From: a virus
Lineage: Duplodnaviria > Caudoviricetes
Virus record (IMG/VR): IMGVR_UViG_3300010367_000128
Coordinates: 605-64,604 of that record
Reading direction: 5' to 3' (one strand)
DNA length: 64,000 bases
Shown one piece after another: positions 32,101 through 40,690 of the stretch. Both the position numbers and the translations under genes were made by a program. The notes beneath the pieces were generated by a model, which saw nothing but the letters and a program-made list of their open reading frames with translations, was not told the DNA's origin and made no database searches. Each line of letters opens with the position of its first letter. Positions within the stretch are counted from its first letter, which is position 1.

Positions 32101-34305
32101 TACACTGAGCGCGCGGACGCGATGCAGGAGGCATTGGTGCAGCGCATCGCCGGCCTGGAGCTGGGCGAGGCCGCGCGCAAGGATCTCACCGATCGCGTGC
32201 GTGCCCACTTCGAATCGGCCCGGGTGCAGGCCCCATACTTCCCGCTGGCGCGCTTCGGCGAGTATTGGGTGGCCGCCGAGAAGAACGGGGAGAAGGAATT
32301 CCGCATGATGGAAAACCGCGCCCAGCAGCGGCGCGTGCAGAACGCCTATGCCAAGGAGGGTTGGACGACCAAGGCCGGCGCCAAGCTCGACATGCTCCAG
32401 GCGGTCGACGGCGCCAGCGCCTCGTTCATGGCCCAGGTGACCGAAAAGCTCAACGAGGCGAACGTGGACAAGGATGTCACCGACGAGATTTATCAGCTCT
32501 ACCTCCGCACGCTGCCGGACCTTTCCGTGCGCAAGCAGTTCATCCACCGCAAGGGTGTCGCCGGCTACGACCAGGATGCGCTCCGCGCGTTCGCCGGGCA
32601 CATGAACCACGGCGCCTACCAGCTGTCGCGGCTGGAGAACAGCCAGGTGATGGAGACCTTGCTGCGGACCATGCGCAAGGACGTCGAGGCCTTGAGCGAG
32701 GGCGGCGGCGTGGAGGCGGTCAAGGCCGCGCGGGCGATGAGCGAGGTCGACAAGCGGCACCAGTGGATCATGAACCCGAAGGACGCGGCGTGGGTCCAGC
32801 GCGTCTCCTCGGCCAACTTCGCCTATTACCTGGGCGCTACCCCGGCCGCCGCGCTGGTCAACGTGCTCCAGGGCGCGGTCACGACCTTCCCCGCATTGGC
32901 CTCCAAGCACGGCTGGGTGAAGGCGCTTTCCGCCTTGACCTCGGCCACGAACGCCTCGATCCGCACCTACGGCAACATCGAGAAGACCCTGCGCAACGCC
33001 GACGAGCGCACGGCCTACGAGCAGTTGCTCGCCATGGGCGCGATCGATCGAACGCTGTCGCACGACCTGGCCGGCATGGGCGAAGGCTCGCTCCTCTCCT
33101 ACAACCCGGCGTGGCGCAAGACCATGGGTGTGCTATCGCACCTGTTCCACAAGGCCGAGGTGTTCAACCGCGAGGGTGCGGGCCTTGCCGCGTATCGCTT
33201 GAGCCGCGAGGCGGGCGAGACCCACGAGGCGGCGGTGAAGTACGCCGCCGACACGATTTTCCAGACCCATTTCGACTACTCCAACGCCAACCGCGCCCGC
33301 TTCATGCAGGGCAATGCGGCCAAGGTGCTGTTCGCCTTCAAGCAATACAGCCAGTCGATGACCTATTACCTCTGGCGGAACTTCTACCAGGCCACGCGCG
33401 GCGCGAGCCCGCAGGAGCGCAGCGAGGCGCGGAAGAAGCTGGTTGGCACGCTGGGCATGACGGCGGTGTTTTCCGGCGTGCTCGGCCTGCCACTGATGAC
33501 CCTGTCGATGCAGGTCGCCAACGCCATGGCGGCGATGTTCGGCGACGACGACGAGCCGTGGGATGCCGAAACGGAGTTCCGCAACTTCCTGTCCGACTTC
33601 CTCGGCCCCACCTTCGGCCGGATCGCCCAGGTCGGCCCGGTGCAGGCACTCACCGGCCTGGGCATCGCCGACCGCACCAAGCTCGATCAAATGTGGTTCC
33701 GTCCCTCGGATAAAGAACTGGAGGGCCGGGCCGCGTACGACTACCTGCTTGAACAGGTCGCCGGTCCGGTCGGTGGCATGTTCGCCAACGGCTACCGCGC
33801 GGGCCAGCTCTACGCCGACGGGGAACTCTGGCGTGGCATCGAGACCGCCATGCCCAAGGCGGTCAAGGACGCGTTGAAGACGATCCGCTATGCCAACGAG
33901 GGCGTGCGCACGCTGTCGGGCGATCCGCTGGTGCCCGACCTGTCGCCGTATCAGATCGCGATGCAGGCGGCCGGGTTCTCCCCGGCCGAGGTGTCCGAGC
34001 GCTACGAGGCGAACAACGCGATGAAGGGCTACGAGCAGACCTTGGTGAAACGCCGCCAGTCGCTCTTGGACGCCTACGCGATGGCCACGCAAACCCGCGA
34101 CATGGAAGCGGTGCGCGCGGCCACGGAGGCCATCGAGCGGTTCAACCGGAAGAACCCGGAAATCGGGATCAACGCCAGCACGATCCGGCGCAGCTTGCAG
34201 TCGCGGCAGAAGTACAGCCAGCGCATGGTCGATGGCCTCGTGCTCAACCCGAAGCTGGATGCACGCCTGCGCGCGGCGGTGTCCTTCGACGATCAAGGGG
34301 AGTGA
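26113..34305 (+). CDS. Giant polyvalent internal virion protein (metallopeptidase-like, two ART-PolyVal-like and PLxRFG domains)
   Basis: AHEAIGHYG (~29700); FKEWFG.S....G.P...H..GYD..QxKSA..N.G.FS twice (30217-30660, 30706-31491); YFPLARFGEY (~32240). Confidence 0.85.
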   Translation: MARDPNVDRLIAALSTPPPPEDTPKVQASDFGKQLGSGALQAVGYGLEGVGQAINAPSNGNGQQPLVDASPITALGRRIAAKGTEVGKSVSPTAAQRMAASTPDGTFTDPSSWTLGSDPSVSGYALQAANVLGQVAPVAATALATRGRILPTAGVSAALGGGAAAGQEEDRINAMPAEQLATLPAYQDAIARGMSPAAARDRLASRAGQTAFAQTAPVSALSGLTEGLPITGQFQNALGKVVGTSRVARAVAGGVTDAIAEGSQEALENAAEISGANTATGEDRSLQEGGVQNAVLGAVGGAAVGTAGGLIHNGHGAPVSSDTPVAAPASAPGEAPAAPPKPAAVSAPYQAGAVNPLTGDINVAPGVNVNPNDGPLSKALGTGAVVGAMDRPAMVTMDDGSVVHGETGEVLTGPSEQIAQQREADAKQAKAAAKTAEAPAPSQTESSNELALDLPPAPAPGTAVENAPASPVANAEATPTPTPTVTEPDTTTASVPFFITMAQRAELRARGVDNDAIRRMTPAEAQQRLAQPAPVTADISGLNKRQLTAQALTVEQEQAKRIDLLGDEAKLTAYAADKGVSVDEMRATLQANHQVNTARLDQLNKALATAPDDPVKPVTSWKDVPANQQALDAAVAEAYAQRGVLDAQATGALAKRLGVTRQEVAEAKKRVSGTAPAEATPASATTYPTVIAANRARRAMADPNTFVVAQTGPKAYELRPVGAAESTSQENSNGNEEAKPVRREGGQQVGPNAGENAPGNERQAGSEEGGTAVQGGPAPDAGSATGSGGSGSDSGDAVAAVGEAGRGRGGADENARGGSGTETADLGRAVEDGRQGQAVADGGTGREDALQPTEVNESGELLDGDITTPSGSPFTIRDAAEKTAARHPGHSVVELEDGGYVVREGVRNEQAPANEEPVSGRAGPDGKASRANEGTEERAGASVSDGAVAGEPAGAVETPASSDKLPARGETPVATNPDEALAKARNGDPLAPKEQRLLARRKVIEKLDAAKLYSDISGASKSAATKAINAMETAKDRSGGVLKDGLRDVAAVIEAAQKAIPKGASASEQTVDGINAVMETLSKKKPKPKADAVPAPGKGEGVNENRADQPALFSKNTASTPTARTLDPERVTAQVTKITSAWKNAPLVRVVATAAELPAHIRVAAGFDASVEAAHENGAIYMIADRFSTPARVQQVLAHEAIGHYGVEQILGPQGFRNVRDQLIVARDAGRLKELFAEIDSRYGTLDNDTLASEALAVMAERGTRTPLLGRALNALRAFLRSLGFTITFSEGDLRHILANAGKWLESGRARPLVKLREEASFASGETSAGDPESNDSPFDEGWWASVPNRGDSAVVADARRQWAEKGTESPYFKEWFGNSQAKTKAGKPVTFYHATNGDFSVFDTTKAGTSTGYAASGLGIFLTPNQDTASRYGDRVMQLYVKAEKPYRMGVDELSSFETVGDARRRQQELAAQGYDSIFVPADKTLIAFGADQVKSATSNRGTFSAATPDINFSKYEKPAPEFVPDGKQTETKAFKEWFGESKVTNEDGTPKAVFHGSTANIESFKGPAYFSEDPTEASAYTFASRLAKREKALANSKYKTAKGAEKYAGQRVDYTGIVDDDNSVGKPFATDQGVVIRNADGTITAFTDLVGDKKTFNLQDMTIELKRGDGRKAARKLVTDYREHIDDRFPPGKGVNGNVTPVYLAIENPMEMHPHVANRFGARLGGTSEEWAATVADLEAKGYDGISTISDDPGAPYGTKQWIPLRPEQIKSAVGNNGAFSKADERITFSKNPAAALNDDIEKAAKFKVTDIVDTLRDKREDWRPNWLGMLTLRQLGEVAAPYLPKIGAYTDTVQTMQTRRNQLQESAAKTADKWWQWQRKNREAGQAMAEVMHDATLSGVDPAEPFRPGSVTLAGGITVPMTEAAVAKEVRSLEAKAANAPKQVKSLLQADITRLQEALAQEAGRRQAYPELKQRYDALPEGAKAIYTEVRDAYTERADAMQEALVQRIAGLELGEAARKDLTDRVRAHFESARVQAPYFPLARFGEYWVAAEKNGEKEFRMMENRAQQRRVQNAYAKEGWTTKAGAKLDMLQAVDGASASFMAQVTEKLNEANVDKDVTDEIYQLYLRTLPDLSVRKQFIHRKGVAGYDQDALRAFAGHMNHGAYQLSRLENSQVMETLLRTMRKDVEALSEGGGVEAVKAARAMSEVDKRHQWIMNPKDAAWVQRVSSANFAYYLGATPAAALVNVLQGAVTTFPALASKHGWVKALSALTSATNASIRTYGNIEKTLRNADERTAYEQLLAMGAIDRTLSHDLAGMGEGSLLSYNPAWRKTMGVLSHLFHKAEVFNREGAGLAAYRLSREAGETHEAAVKYAADTIFQTHFDYSNANRARFMQGNAAKVLFAFKQYSQSMTYYLWRNFYQATRGASPQERSEARKKLVGTLGMTAVFSGVLGLPLMTLSMQVANAMAAMFGDDDEPWDAETEFRNFLSDFLGPTFGRIAQVGPVQALTGLGIADRTKLDQMWFRPSDKELEGRAAYDYLLEQVAGPVGGMFANGYRAGQLYADGELWRGIETAMPKAVKDALKTIRYANEGVRTLSGDPLVPDLSPYQIAMQAAGFSPAEVSERYEANNAMKGYEQTLVKRRQSLLDAYAMATQTRDMEAVRAATEAIERFNRKNPEIGINASTIRRSLQSRQKYSQRMVDGLVLNPKLDARLRAAVSFDDQGE
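28310..28678 (+). CDS. Nested +1-frame ORF: 122-aa basic, histone-H1-like protein
   Basis: AGGAG 7 nt before ATG; mostly G/C-ending codons in this frame; 16 K, 8 R, no D/E. Confidence 0.55.
   Translation: MATKKPSPFGGKVVSKSVPMPAKMRQAMNGKPAARKAAPPSKVVQRRTPVARPAAAGAGAIPAMPLQPSAKLGGGVAVPTKTPVAAAAPKLRTSGGQSKMGGKAKPSPMAARAAKMLSSRPK
28835..29032 (+). CDS. Nested +1-frame ORF, 65 aa
   Basis: AAGGAG 6 nt before ATG; host-frame codon bias relaxes over this stretch. Confidence 0.45.
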   Translation: MSKPLLTRSPFLDELVLMEKLAEPMKEQRNALARAFPMEPWPESPPEPLKLQHLATSYPLVVKRP

Positions 34306-34312
34306 GCAAAAG

Positions 34313-34345
34313 AGAAAGGCCCGGATTTTGAGTCCGGGCCTTTCT
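34313..34345. terminator. Bidirectional terminator between convergent structural and recombination operons
   Basis: AGAAAGGCCCGGA-TTTTGAG-TCCGGGCCTTTCT 13-bp stem with A/T flanks. Confidence 0.8.
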
Positions 34346-34408
34346 GCTTACGATGGCACGTGCGTTCACGACGGTACGTTCGGCGCGTGTGTCTCGTCGG
34401 GAGGCATC

Positions 34409-34960
34409 TTAGAACGGAATAGTGTCCTCATCAAAGCCGTCGGTGTCCTGCGAGCGCGGCTCCCCGAAGGATCGCCCACCCGGTCCGGGCATCTGATTCT
34501 CACGCGGACGCTCGCGCGGTGCGCCGTAGCTGGAACCACCCCCCGTGCCCGGATACGTCCCGCTAGCGCTGCCCCGACGTTCACCAGCCGGCCGGCCGGT
34601 GCGCTCGCCACCTTCGCCGCCGCCCTGGCCACCGAGCATCTGCATTTCGTTGGCGATGATGTCGGTCGAATAACGCTCGATGCCATCCTTGTCGGTGTAC
34701 TTGTCGGTGCGCAGCGAGCCCTCGATGTAGACCTGGCGGCCTTTTTTCAGGTACTCCCCGGCGATCTCGGCCAGCTTACCGAACAGCTTGACCCGGTGCC
34801 ATTCGGTGCGCTCTTGCTTCTCGCCGGACTGCTTGTCCGTCCAGGCTTCGGACGTGGCGATGCGCAGCGACGTGATCGCCGTGCCGCTGCCCGTGTAACG
34901 CGTTTCCGGGTCCGCGCCGAGATTGCCCACGATGATCACTTTGTTGATGCCGCGTGCCAT
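34409..34960 (-). CDS. ssb: Single-stranded DNA-binding protein
   Basis: [19 protein letters not shown]...ERTEWHRV; acidic tip DEDTIPF. Confidence 0.97.
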   Translation of the reverse strand: MARGINKVIIVGNLGADPETRYTGSGTAITSLRIATSEAWTDKQSGEKQERTEWHRVKLFGKLAEIAGEYLKKGRQVYIEGSLRTDKYTDKDGIERYSTDIIANEMQMLGGQGGGEGGERTGRPAGERRGSASGTYPGTGGGSSYGAPRERPRENQMPGPGGRSFGEPRSQDTDGFDEDTIPF

Positions 34961-34970
34961 GCCTATCCCC

Positions 34971-36632
34971 TTATCCGAGCCATTCAACGTGGAAGGCCGC
35001 CGGCAACTTCGGCATTTCCTTCAAGGTGCCGGCAAGGATAACCTGCACCTCGGCCTGCGAAGAAAGCCATTTCAGGATCGGCCCCCGGTGCTTTGGCGCG
35101 ACCACATCGAAGTGGTCGAGCACCATCACCCGCAAGCCGCCCTGCACCGCCAGGGCATAGGCCATGGCCATGCGCACGCGCCACTGTTGCGAATCCGAAG
35201 CCATCGGGTAGGGCGTGGTGCCGTAATACAGCTCCAGGTCGTTCCCCATCTGCACCATGGTCTCCAGGCCCGCCGAGGCCTCGCGCAGCAGCTCGTTGAA
35301 GGTGGCCACGGTCGAGCCAAGGAACTCGGCTGGCAACGCCACCAAGGCCTCGGCCAGCTTGGTGAAGCCGACCACATCGAGGTGGTGATCGCGCGCCTTG
35401 CGCGTGCGCTCCTCGACCTGCGCCGCCTCGGCCTGCGCGTTGGTGGCGCGGTTCAGATCGGCCTTGGCTAGGGCCACTTCCGCCACCTTCGCCGCGTGCA
35501 GGCCGTTGGCCGCCTCGACCTCCTTCGCGGTGGTTCGCTCGGGCAGGCTGTCGAGCAGTTCTTGCGAGGCCTTGCCACGCGCGATGGTCGACTCCAGGTT
35601 GCGGATGCGCGAATCCAGATCGCCGAGTTGCTGGCGCAGATCCGCCACCGCCCGACCGGCCTCGATCGGGTCGTGCTTGGGCTTGACCGCCTCCCAGGCG
35701 ACCAGCTGGCCATCGGCCAGGGCCAGCACCGAGGCGCACGACGGGCAGGTGTAGGTGTGGCTCCCCTTGTACGCGGCGCTTTCCGCCAGTTCGGCCAGCT
35801 TGGCGGCCAGTTCCTCGCGCTCGGCCGTACGGCTGGCTAGGGCGGCCTCGGCGGCAGCGATCCCCTCCACAGCGGCCTGGGCGGATTCCGCCGCCTTGTG
35901 CGCATCGAACCGCCGTTGCAGGTCATAGGCGATCGTCTTGCGCTCGGCCTCCTCGTCGGCCAGGGTATTCACCTGCGCCTGCAACGCCTCGATGTCCGGC
36001 AGCTCGTCGAACGAGGGCGACGCCGCTCGCCAACCGTCGGCCTTGGCCTCACCGTAGTTTTCACCCGTCAAGGACTTCCACGCGCCACGCGCCTGGCTAG
36101 CCAGCTCCTTGGCCTCCTTGGCCGCACCATCGAAGCCGAGCTTGATGTACTTGAGCGCGGCGGCCACCCGCGCCTCGTCGTGGCCCTTCTTGACCAGGAT
36201 GTCGGTGACGGTGGAGGCCTTGACTTCGACCCCGGCCATGCCGAACAGCAGCTTGCGCCGCTCGGCCAGTTCCATGGCGAAATACGCCTCCGGCTCCAGC
36301 GACAGCGGCGAGCCGTCCAGCGGCGGCGCGCTGGCGCTATGGTTGCCCGTCTTGAGCCCCAGCTTGTAGGTACGCGGGATGCCGTCGACCTCGCACAGCA
36401 CGGTGACGTCGCCCTTGCTTTCGCCCTGGGTGATGAGCTGGGCGATGTCCTTTTTGTAGCCGATGCCACGGATCGGCTCGCCGGTCAGGGCCAGCTTGAT
36501 CCCGCTGGCAATCGCGGTTTTTCCCACGCCGTTGTCGCCGCAGATGAACAGCACGTTGGCGTGGCGCGGGATGCTGATGGCCAGGTCGCGATGCGAGAGG
36601 TAGTTCGTGGCACGGATTTCCGTAATGCGCAT
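34971..36632 (-). CDS. SMC/Rad50(SbcC)-like ABC ATPase
   Basis: Walker A GDNGVGKT, coiled coils with CPSC zinc hook, ASDSQQ signature, MVLDHFD Walker B. Confidence 0.82.
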   Translation of the reverse strand: MRITEIRATNYLSHRDLAISIPRHANVLFICGDNGVGKTAIASGIKLALTGEPIRGIGYKKDIAQLITQGESKGDVTVLCEVDGIPRTYKLGLKTGNHSASAPPLDGSPLSLEPEAYFAMELAERRKLLFGMAGVEVKASTVTDILVKKGHDEARVAAALKYIKLGFDGAAKEAKELASQARGAWKSLTGENYGEAKADGWRAASPSFDELPDIEALQAQVNTLADEEAERKTIAYDLQRRFDAHKAAESAQAAVEGIAAAEAALASRTAEREELAAKLAELAESAAYKGSHTYTCPSCASVLALADGQLVAWEAVKPKHDPIEAGRAVADLRQQLGDLDSRIRNLESTIARGKASQELLDSLPERTTAKEVEAANGLHAAKVAEVALAKADLNRATNAQAEAAQVEERTRKARDHHLDVVGFTKLAEALVALPAEFLGSTVATFNELLREASAGLETMVQMGNDLELYYGTTPYPMASDSQQWRVRMAMAYALAVQGGLRVMVLDHFDVVAPKHRGPILKWLSSQAEVQVILAGTLKEMPKLPAAFHVEWLG

Positions 36633-36637
36633 GTTGG

Positions 36638-37660
36638 TTACTCCACGTTGAACAGGTCGTCGTCGCGGCCCGAAGGGGGCGCATCCTGGGTGGCGCTTTG
36701 CTTTGCGGCCGGCTTGGCCTTGGCCGGTGGCTCGTCGAACTCCTGGGGCAGCGGCTCGCGCTTGTCGCCAGCGGGCACCTCGCGATCGACTTCGGTGTCG
36801 CGGGTAACTTCGAACGGCAGCTCGTCGTGGGCCAGCGGGTGCACCGGCTCGTCCCCAGCATCCTCCGTGACGGGCTCCTCCGGTGCATCGGGATCGAGGC
36901 TTGTGGTGGCGTCGGTGGCGTCGGCCAGTTCGCCCTCGTCGATCGCGGTGTCGCGCAGGCGTTCGTTCACCGCCGAGGCGCTGGTGCGGCGACGGTTGGC
37001 CGTGTGCTCGTCGATGATCGAGACGTCCTCGATTTCCTCGACCGTGGGCAAGCCGAGGGTCAGCTCGGGCGCGTGCGCTTCCAGCCAGAACGACGCGGCG
37101 CGGTACATGAACATCTGATCGGCCATCGTCGTCCACTTCGCGTTCTTGTCCCAGCCCTCGCCCTTGACCATCTTCCAGGTCACCCAGGTGCCAAGTAGCA
37201 CTTCGCCGCTCTCCTTGTCGGTCGCGTACGCGCGGCACCCGTAGCCATCCTGGCCGGGCTCGCCCTTCCACTCGTACTTGATGCGCGAGAACAACGGCGA
37301 GTTGTTGACCAGCGCGGCCTTGAACTTGCCCCGGAAGCCGGGGCGGCCCTTGACCACGTCCATGTTCTGCATGAGGGTGAACGGCGACAGACCCATACGC
37401 GAGGAGATCTCCAGCGCGACCAAGCAGTTGCCCAGGCCAACGGGGTTGTGCACCCACTGGCCATTGCGCAGGTTGTAGGCCTGATACTGGTCCGGCACCA
37501 TCGTCGATTCGGAGAGTGTCTTAGCCATTTCCATGGCCACATGAAAACTCCGGCCGCTGGAGAACACGGCCAGCGGGTTGTTGTCACTGGCGATCGCCGG
37601 CAACAGCGACGGCTCCATGGCGGTGCTTTCCGCCAGTGCGTTGTCTTTCGGTTCGGTCAC
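36638..37660 (-). CDS. RecT/Red-beta-like single-strand annealing protein
   Basis: MAKTLSESTMVP..Y, NCLVALE...MGLSP...MQN..VVKGRP, KW.TM..QM..YRAA. Confidence 0.8.
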   Translation of the reverse strand: MTEPKDNALAESTAMEPSLLPAIASDNNPLAVFSSGRSFHVAMEMAKTLSESTMVPDQYQAYNLRNGQWVHNPVGLGNCLVALEISSRMGLSPFTLMQNMDVVKGRPGFRGKFKAALVNNSPLFSRIKYEWKGEPGQDGYGCRAYATDKESGEVLLGTWVTWKMVKGEGWDKNAKWTTMADQMFMYRAASFWLEAHAPELTLGLPTVEEIEDVSIIDEHTANRRRTSASAVNERLRDTAIDEGELADATDATTSLDPDAPEEPVTEDAGDEPVHPLAHDELPFEVTRDTEVDREVPAGDKREPLPQEFDEPPAKAKPAAKQSATQDAPPSGRDDDLFNVE

Positions 37661-37914
37661 GACGTGGTTTCCTTGTTATCGGTGGGACGGCCAACGAGGC
37701 CGCAGTACCCGGTGAGTGAATCTTCCCAGCGCCAGGCCATGCAGCTGGCGGCGATGCAGCAACAATCGCGATCCGCGACGCCGCCCGTGTTCGGCACACG
37801 ATTGCCCGAGGTGCCGCCGATGGCGGCCACATCCTTCCGATCGACCACGGGGATTTGCGACATGGCGAACGGGCACCAGCGCTGACGCGCGAGGGTTGGC
37901 GACATGATGCTCAT
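37657..37914 (-). CDS. Cys-rich hypothetical protein
   Basis: WCPF...CIASSCMAWRW...GYCGL; coupled on both sides. Confidence 0.7.
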   Translation of the reverse strand: MSIMSPTLARQRWCPFAMSQIPVVDRKDVAAIGGTSGNRVPNTGGVADRDCCCIAASCMAWRWEDSLTGYCGLVGRPTDNKETTS

Positions 37915-38834
37915 GCGGCCATGGCCTCATCCAAGCCGGTGTAGATCTTCGGCAGACGCAGGTCGGCGACCCCGTTGGTGTAGCTGGGGAAATCGTCGCG
38001 CTCGATGCAGTCACGCAGCTTGCGCAGGCCGGCCATGTACTTGTTTTCCCCATCCAGCCGGTCGTCGTCGCTCAACTGGTAGGAAGCCGGTGCGTAGGGC
38101 GGGGTCTTCTCCTGCACCAGGAAAATGAAGTTGTCGATGTGCACGTTGTTTTCTTCGAACGCGCGGGAATACATCGCGTCCTGCATGTCGTAGCTCATCC
38201 GCTTGGCGGCATAGCGCCAGTTTTCCGGCGCCGCCGAGCGAGCCGACTTGAGATCGACGAACAGGCCGTTTTCGGCGTGCAACCAGTCCCCGCGCGACTT
38301 GCAGCGGATGCCGGTCTCATTGCACGTCCACAATGCGGTGACTTCGGCCCGGCCCCCTTTGCGCAGGAGATCGCGGACCCATTTGAAGCGGTACAGCGCA
38401 TCGCGCATGCCGATCACATGGCGGTGCTGGGCCGGGGTGATCCAGACCTTGCCGCGCGTCTCCTCCTCGATCCAGACCTGGCGCAGCTTCGCGTTCGCCG
38501 GCTTGCGCAGGCTTCCAAAGTCCGGCATGACGATCACCTTCGCGTCGAACAGATCCGGCTCCAGCACGGCGACGTGGTAGGCGCTGCCGAAACGCAGCAC
38601 ATCCGCGTCCTCGATCGGTTCGCCACGCTCGTCCAAGCGCACCGGGTTCTCTAGGTGGTCGAGGAAGTGAAAGGCGGATTTGCCGGTCAGCAGCGAGAGG
38701 GCCGACTTCGACACAATCGAGGGCGAGCCGTGGTACAGCGATTCGTCCAGGTCTTCCAGCAAGGCGTGGCCGGGCTGGCCGCGCGCGAACGCGGGCGCCG
38801 ACCAGGCGGGCAGTTTCATCATGGCAGGGTGCAT
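37911..38834 (-). CDS. RecE/exonuclease VIII-like PD-(D/E)XK nuclease (DUF3799-like)
   Basis: YH...SKS.L, FGSA.HVAVLEP, CKSR.DW...VDLKS, YDMQDAMY. Confidence 0.88.
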   Translation of the reverse strand: MHPAMMKLPAWSAPAFARGQPGHALLEDLDESLYHGSPSIVSKSALSLLTGKSAFHFLDHLENPVRLDERGEPIEDADVLRFGSAYHVAVLEPDLFDAKVIVMPDFGSLRKPANAKLRQVWIEEETRGKVWITPAQHRHVIGMRDALYRFKWVRDLLRKGGRAEVTALWTCNETGIRCKSRGDWLHAENGLFVDLKSARSAAPENWRYAAKRMSYDMQDAMYSRAFEENNVHIDNFIFLVQEKTPPYAPASYQLSDDDRLDGENKYMAGLRKLRDCIERDDFPSYTNGVADLRLPKIYTGLDEAMAA

Positions 38835-38845
38835 TTTGACTCTCC

Positions 38846-38872
38846 AAAAGCGGGCGCCGCTCGGGCGCCCGC
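38846..38872 (-). terminator. Putative internal terminator/attenuator just upstream of the recE-like RBS
   Basis: 9-bp GCGGGCGCC stem followed by TTTT on the minus strand. Confidence 0.5.
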
Positions 38873-38905
38873 CATGTTGCTTACCGCACGTCTCAGCGTA
38901 TGCGA

Positions 38906-39772
38906 TTACACCGCGTCGTCGAATTCCGGCGAATCCGGCACGTCGGTTTCGCCCAGGGCGACCGGCAGTTGCACGGCCCCGCTGATCTTCTCCGCCGTCG
39001 ACTCCAGCACCTCACGCTCGACGTACTTCCGTTCCGGCAAGCGGATGCCCATCTGCACTTTCTGCCCCGGGCCCGCCGGCAGGCGGTACAGCAGTTCGGC
39101 GACGATGGTCATGGACGCGCCCCCGTGGAGCACCGGCAGTTCGAACGAGAGTTCGGTGGGCACGTTGATGTTCATCCGGCTGGTGGCGTCGGACTTCGCC
39201 GTCACCCGCACGTCGTAGCCCATCTTGACCGAGCCGCTGAAATCGTCCTCGACGCTGGCGTACTCGCCCTTGCTCGACAAGGTGAGGGTCTGCACCAGTT
39301 CCAGCAGGTCCGCCACGCTCAACGAGGAGCAAAACTTCGCGACATCCTTCAACTGGAGGGCGAAAGCGTTCTGATCCTGCATCTTGCCATCGAGTTCCGT
39401 CAGCAGCTTGTACGGCAGCGAGCAGGCCACGCACAGGTCGACCTCGTGCGTCGTCCACGCCGGGGTGCCGGGCGCGGGGAAGTCCAGGTAGGCCTTGGCC
39501 AGCGTGCCGCCGTCGGTGAAACGCAGGTTCGGGGCGACGAAGATGCGCGCGCTGGGCGACTTGTACAGGTTCACGTAATCGACGAAGTCATCGAAGCGGT
39601 GCAGCTTGGTCAAGCCGACGATCCGCTGCGGGGCATCCGCATGGCCCTGCAACGGGACCACGCGAAAACCGTCCGGTACCGCCGCCAGCGGCACGCTGAC
39701 GCCGGGAATGCTCAACGCGACGGGCTGGACCGGGTTCAGGCGGTCGGCCAGCTCCTTGAAAAACTGTTCCAT
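38906..39772 (-). CDS. DUF2303 (YfdQ-like) protein
   Basis: P.RI.G...L...DDF.DY, A.A.LDF..PG.PAW..H; paired with upstream YfdP-like gene. Confidence 0.8.
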   Translation of the reverse strand: MEQFFKELADRLNPVQPVALSIPGVSVPLAAVPDGFRVVPLQGHADAPQRIVGLTKLHRFDDFVDYVNLYKSPSARIFVAPNLRFTDGGTLAKAYLDFPAPGTPAWTTHEVDLCVACSLPYKLLTELDGKMQDQNAFALQLKDVAKFCSSLSVADLLELVQTLTLSSKGEYASVEDDFSGSVKMGYDVRVTAKSDATSRMNINVPTELSFELPVLHGGASMTIVAELLYRLPAGPGQKVQMGIRLPERKYVEREVLESTAEKISGAVQLPVALGETDVPDSPEFDDAV

Positions 39773-39794
39773 GGGTAACTCCTTGGTGGATGGG

Positions 39795-39822
39795 AAACCG
39801 CTGGGCGCGGACCGCCCAGCGG
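39795..39822 (-). terminator. Intergenic stem-loop
   Basis: CCGCTGGGCG/CGCCCAGCGG 10-bp stem, TTT on minus side. Confidence 0.45.
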
Positions 39823-39843
39823 GTCATGCAACGGCGGACGCCG

Positions 39844-40227
39844 TCAGTTGGCGTCGGTGAAGCCCTGCCGGCCGAGCGTGCCGGTGGCGCGCACCGTGCT
39901 GCCGCGCGCTTCGCGGTCCTCGCGGGCCTGTTCCAGGGGGAGCTTTTCCTGGTCCGGGTCGTCACGCAGCAGTTCGCCACGCTGGGCGAAGAACGTGCCC
40001 GCTTCCTGGGTGAACGCGGCCGGCGGCTTCTTCACCGACAGCTTGGGCGTCACTTCCATCTCGCGGTTGTCGCGGCCCTTGGGCGAGAGCGAAATGGTGA
40101 CGGTGATCGTGCCGCTTTTGCCGGACTCCTGGCAGCGCTGCACGAGGTCTCGCAGTTCTTCACCCGCGTGGTTGTCGAAGACCCCACCACGGATCAGGGC
40201 GAGGATGTTCGAAAGGGGCTTGGCCAT
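39844..40227 (-). CDS. YfdP-like conserved phage protein
   Basis: L..IRGG......L..LV....ESGK.G.IT.TI...P, FF....G.L.RDDPDQ. Confidence 0.78.
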   Translation of the reverse strand: MAKPLSNILALIRGGVFDNHAGEELRDLVQRCQESGKSGTITVTISLSPKGRDNREMEVTPKLSVKKPPAAFTQEAGTFFAQRGELLRDDPDQEKLPLEQAREDREARGSTVRATGTLGRQGFTDAN

Positions 40228-40237
40228 GATGATTTCC

Positions 40238-40690
40238 TTACCGGGGCGTGGAGTTGGGGATATCGATGCCCGCCCGGATCGACGTCGAATCCCGTATCGC
40301 GTTGATGGTGGCGAGTATGTCGCCCTCGCTCATGTTGTGCGGTGACACCGTCGCCCGTTTCGCCTCGCGCAGGATCAGCACCATGCTGGTCGGGGCGCCA
40401 AAGCTGCCCCGGTAGATGCCCTGGGCCACGAGCTTGAGCCGTTCGGCCACCGAGACCGTCGCGGCGGGCATGCCGCCGGGAACCAAGGCGATGCCCAGGT
40501 GACCCAGCCGGTCCATCGGACTGTTCCACGCTGCCCGGGCCTGCGCCTGGTGATCGGCGCGGGTCTTGATCACCGCCGGGCCGCGCGCGCCGCAGCGTGG
40601 GCAGGCCACCCATACGGCCAGGGCGTCGCCCTCGATCGGCGGGGTCGGGTACTGGCAGAAGTGGCAGGGAACGGCGTCAGCCATGGTCAT
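40238..40690 (-). CDS. Lar-like restriction-alleviation zinc-ribbon protein
   Basis: PCHFC...VACPRCGARGP...A.AAWN. Confidence 0.6.
   Translation of the reverse strand: MTMADAVPCHFCQYPTPPIEGDALAVWVACPRCGARGPAVIKTRADHQAQARAAWNSPMDRLGHLGIALVPGGMPAATVSVAERLKLVAQGIYRGSFGAPTSMVLILREAKRATVSPHNMSEGDILATINAIRDSTSIRAGIDIPNSTPR

Noticed and set aside
36633-37457. N-terminal extension making the ATPase 828 aa
   Set aside because: Overlaps the RecT-like gene; Walker A domain begins at ATG 36632, which has a GGAG RBS
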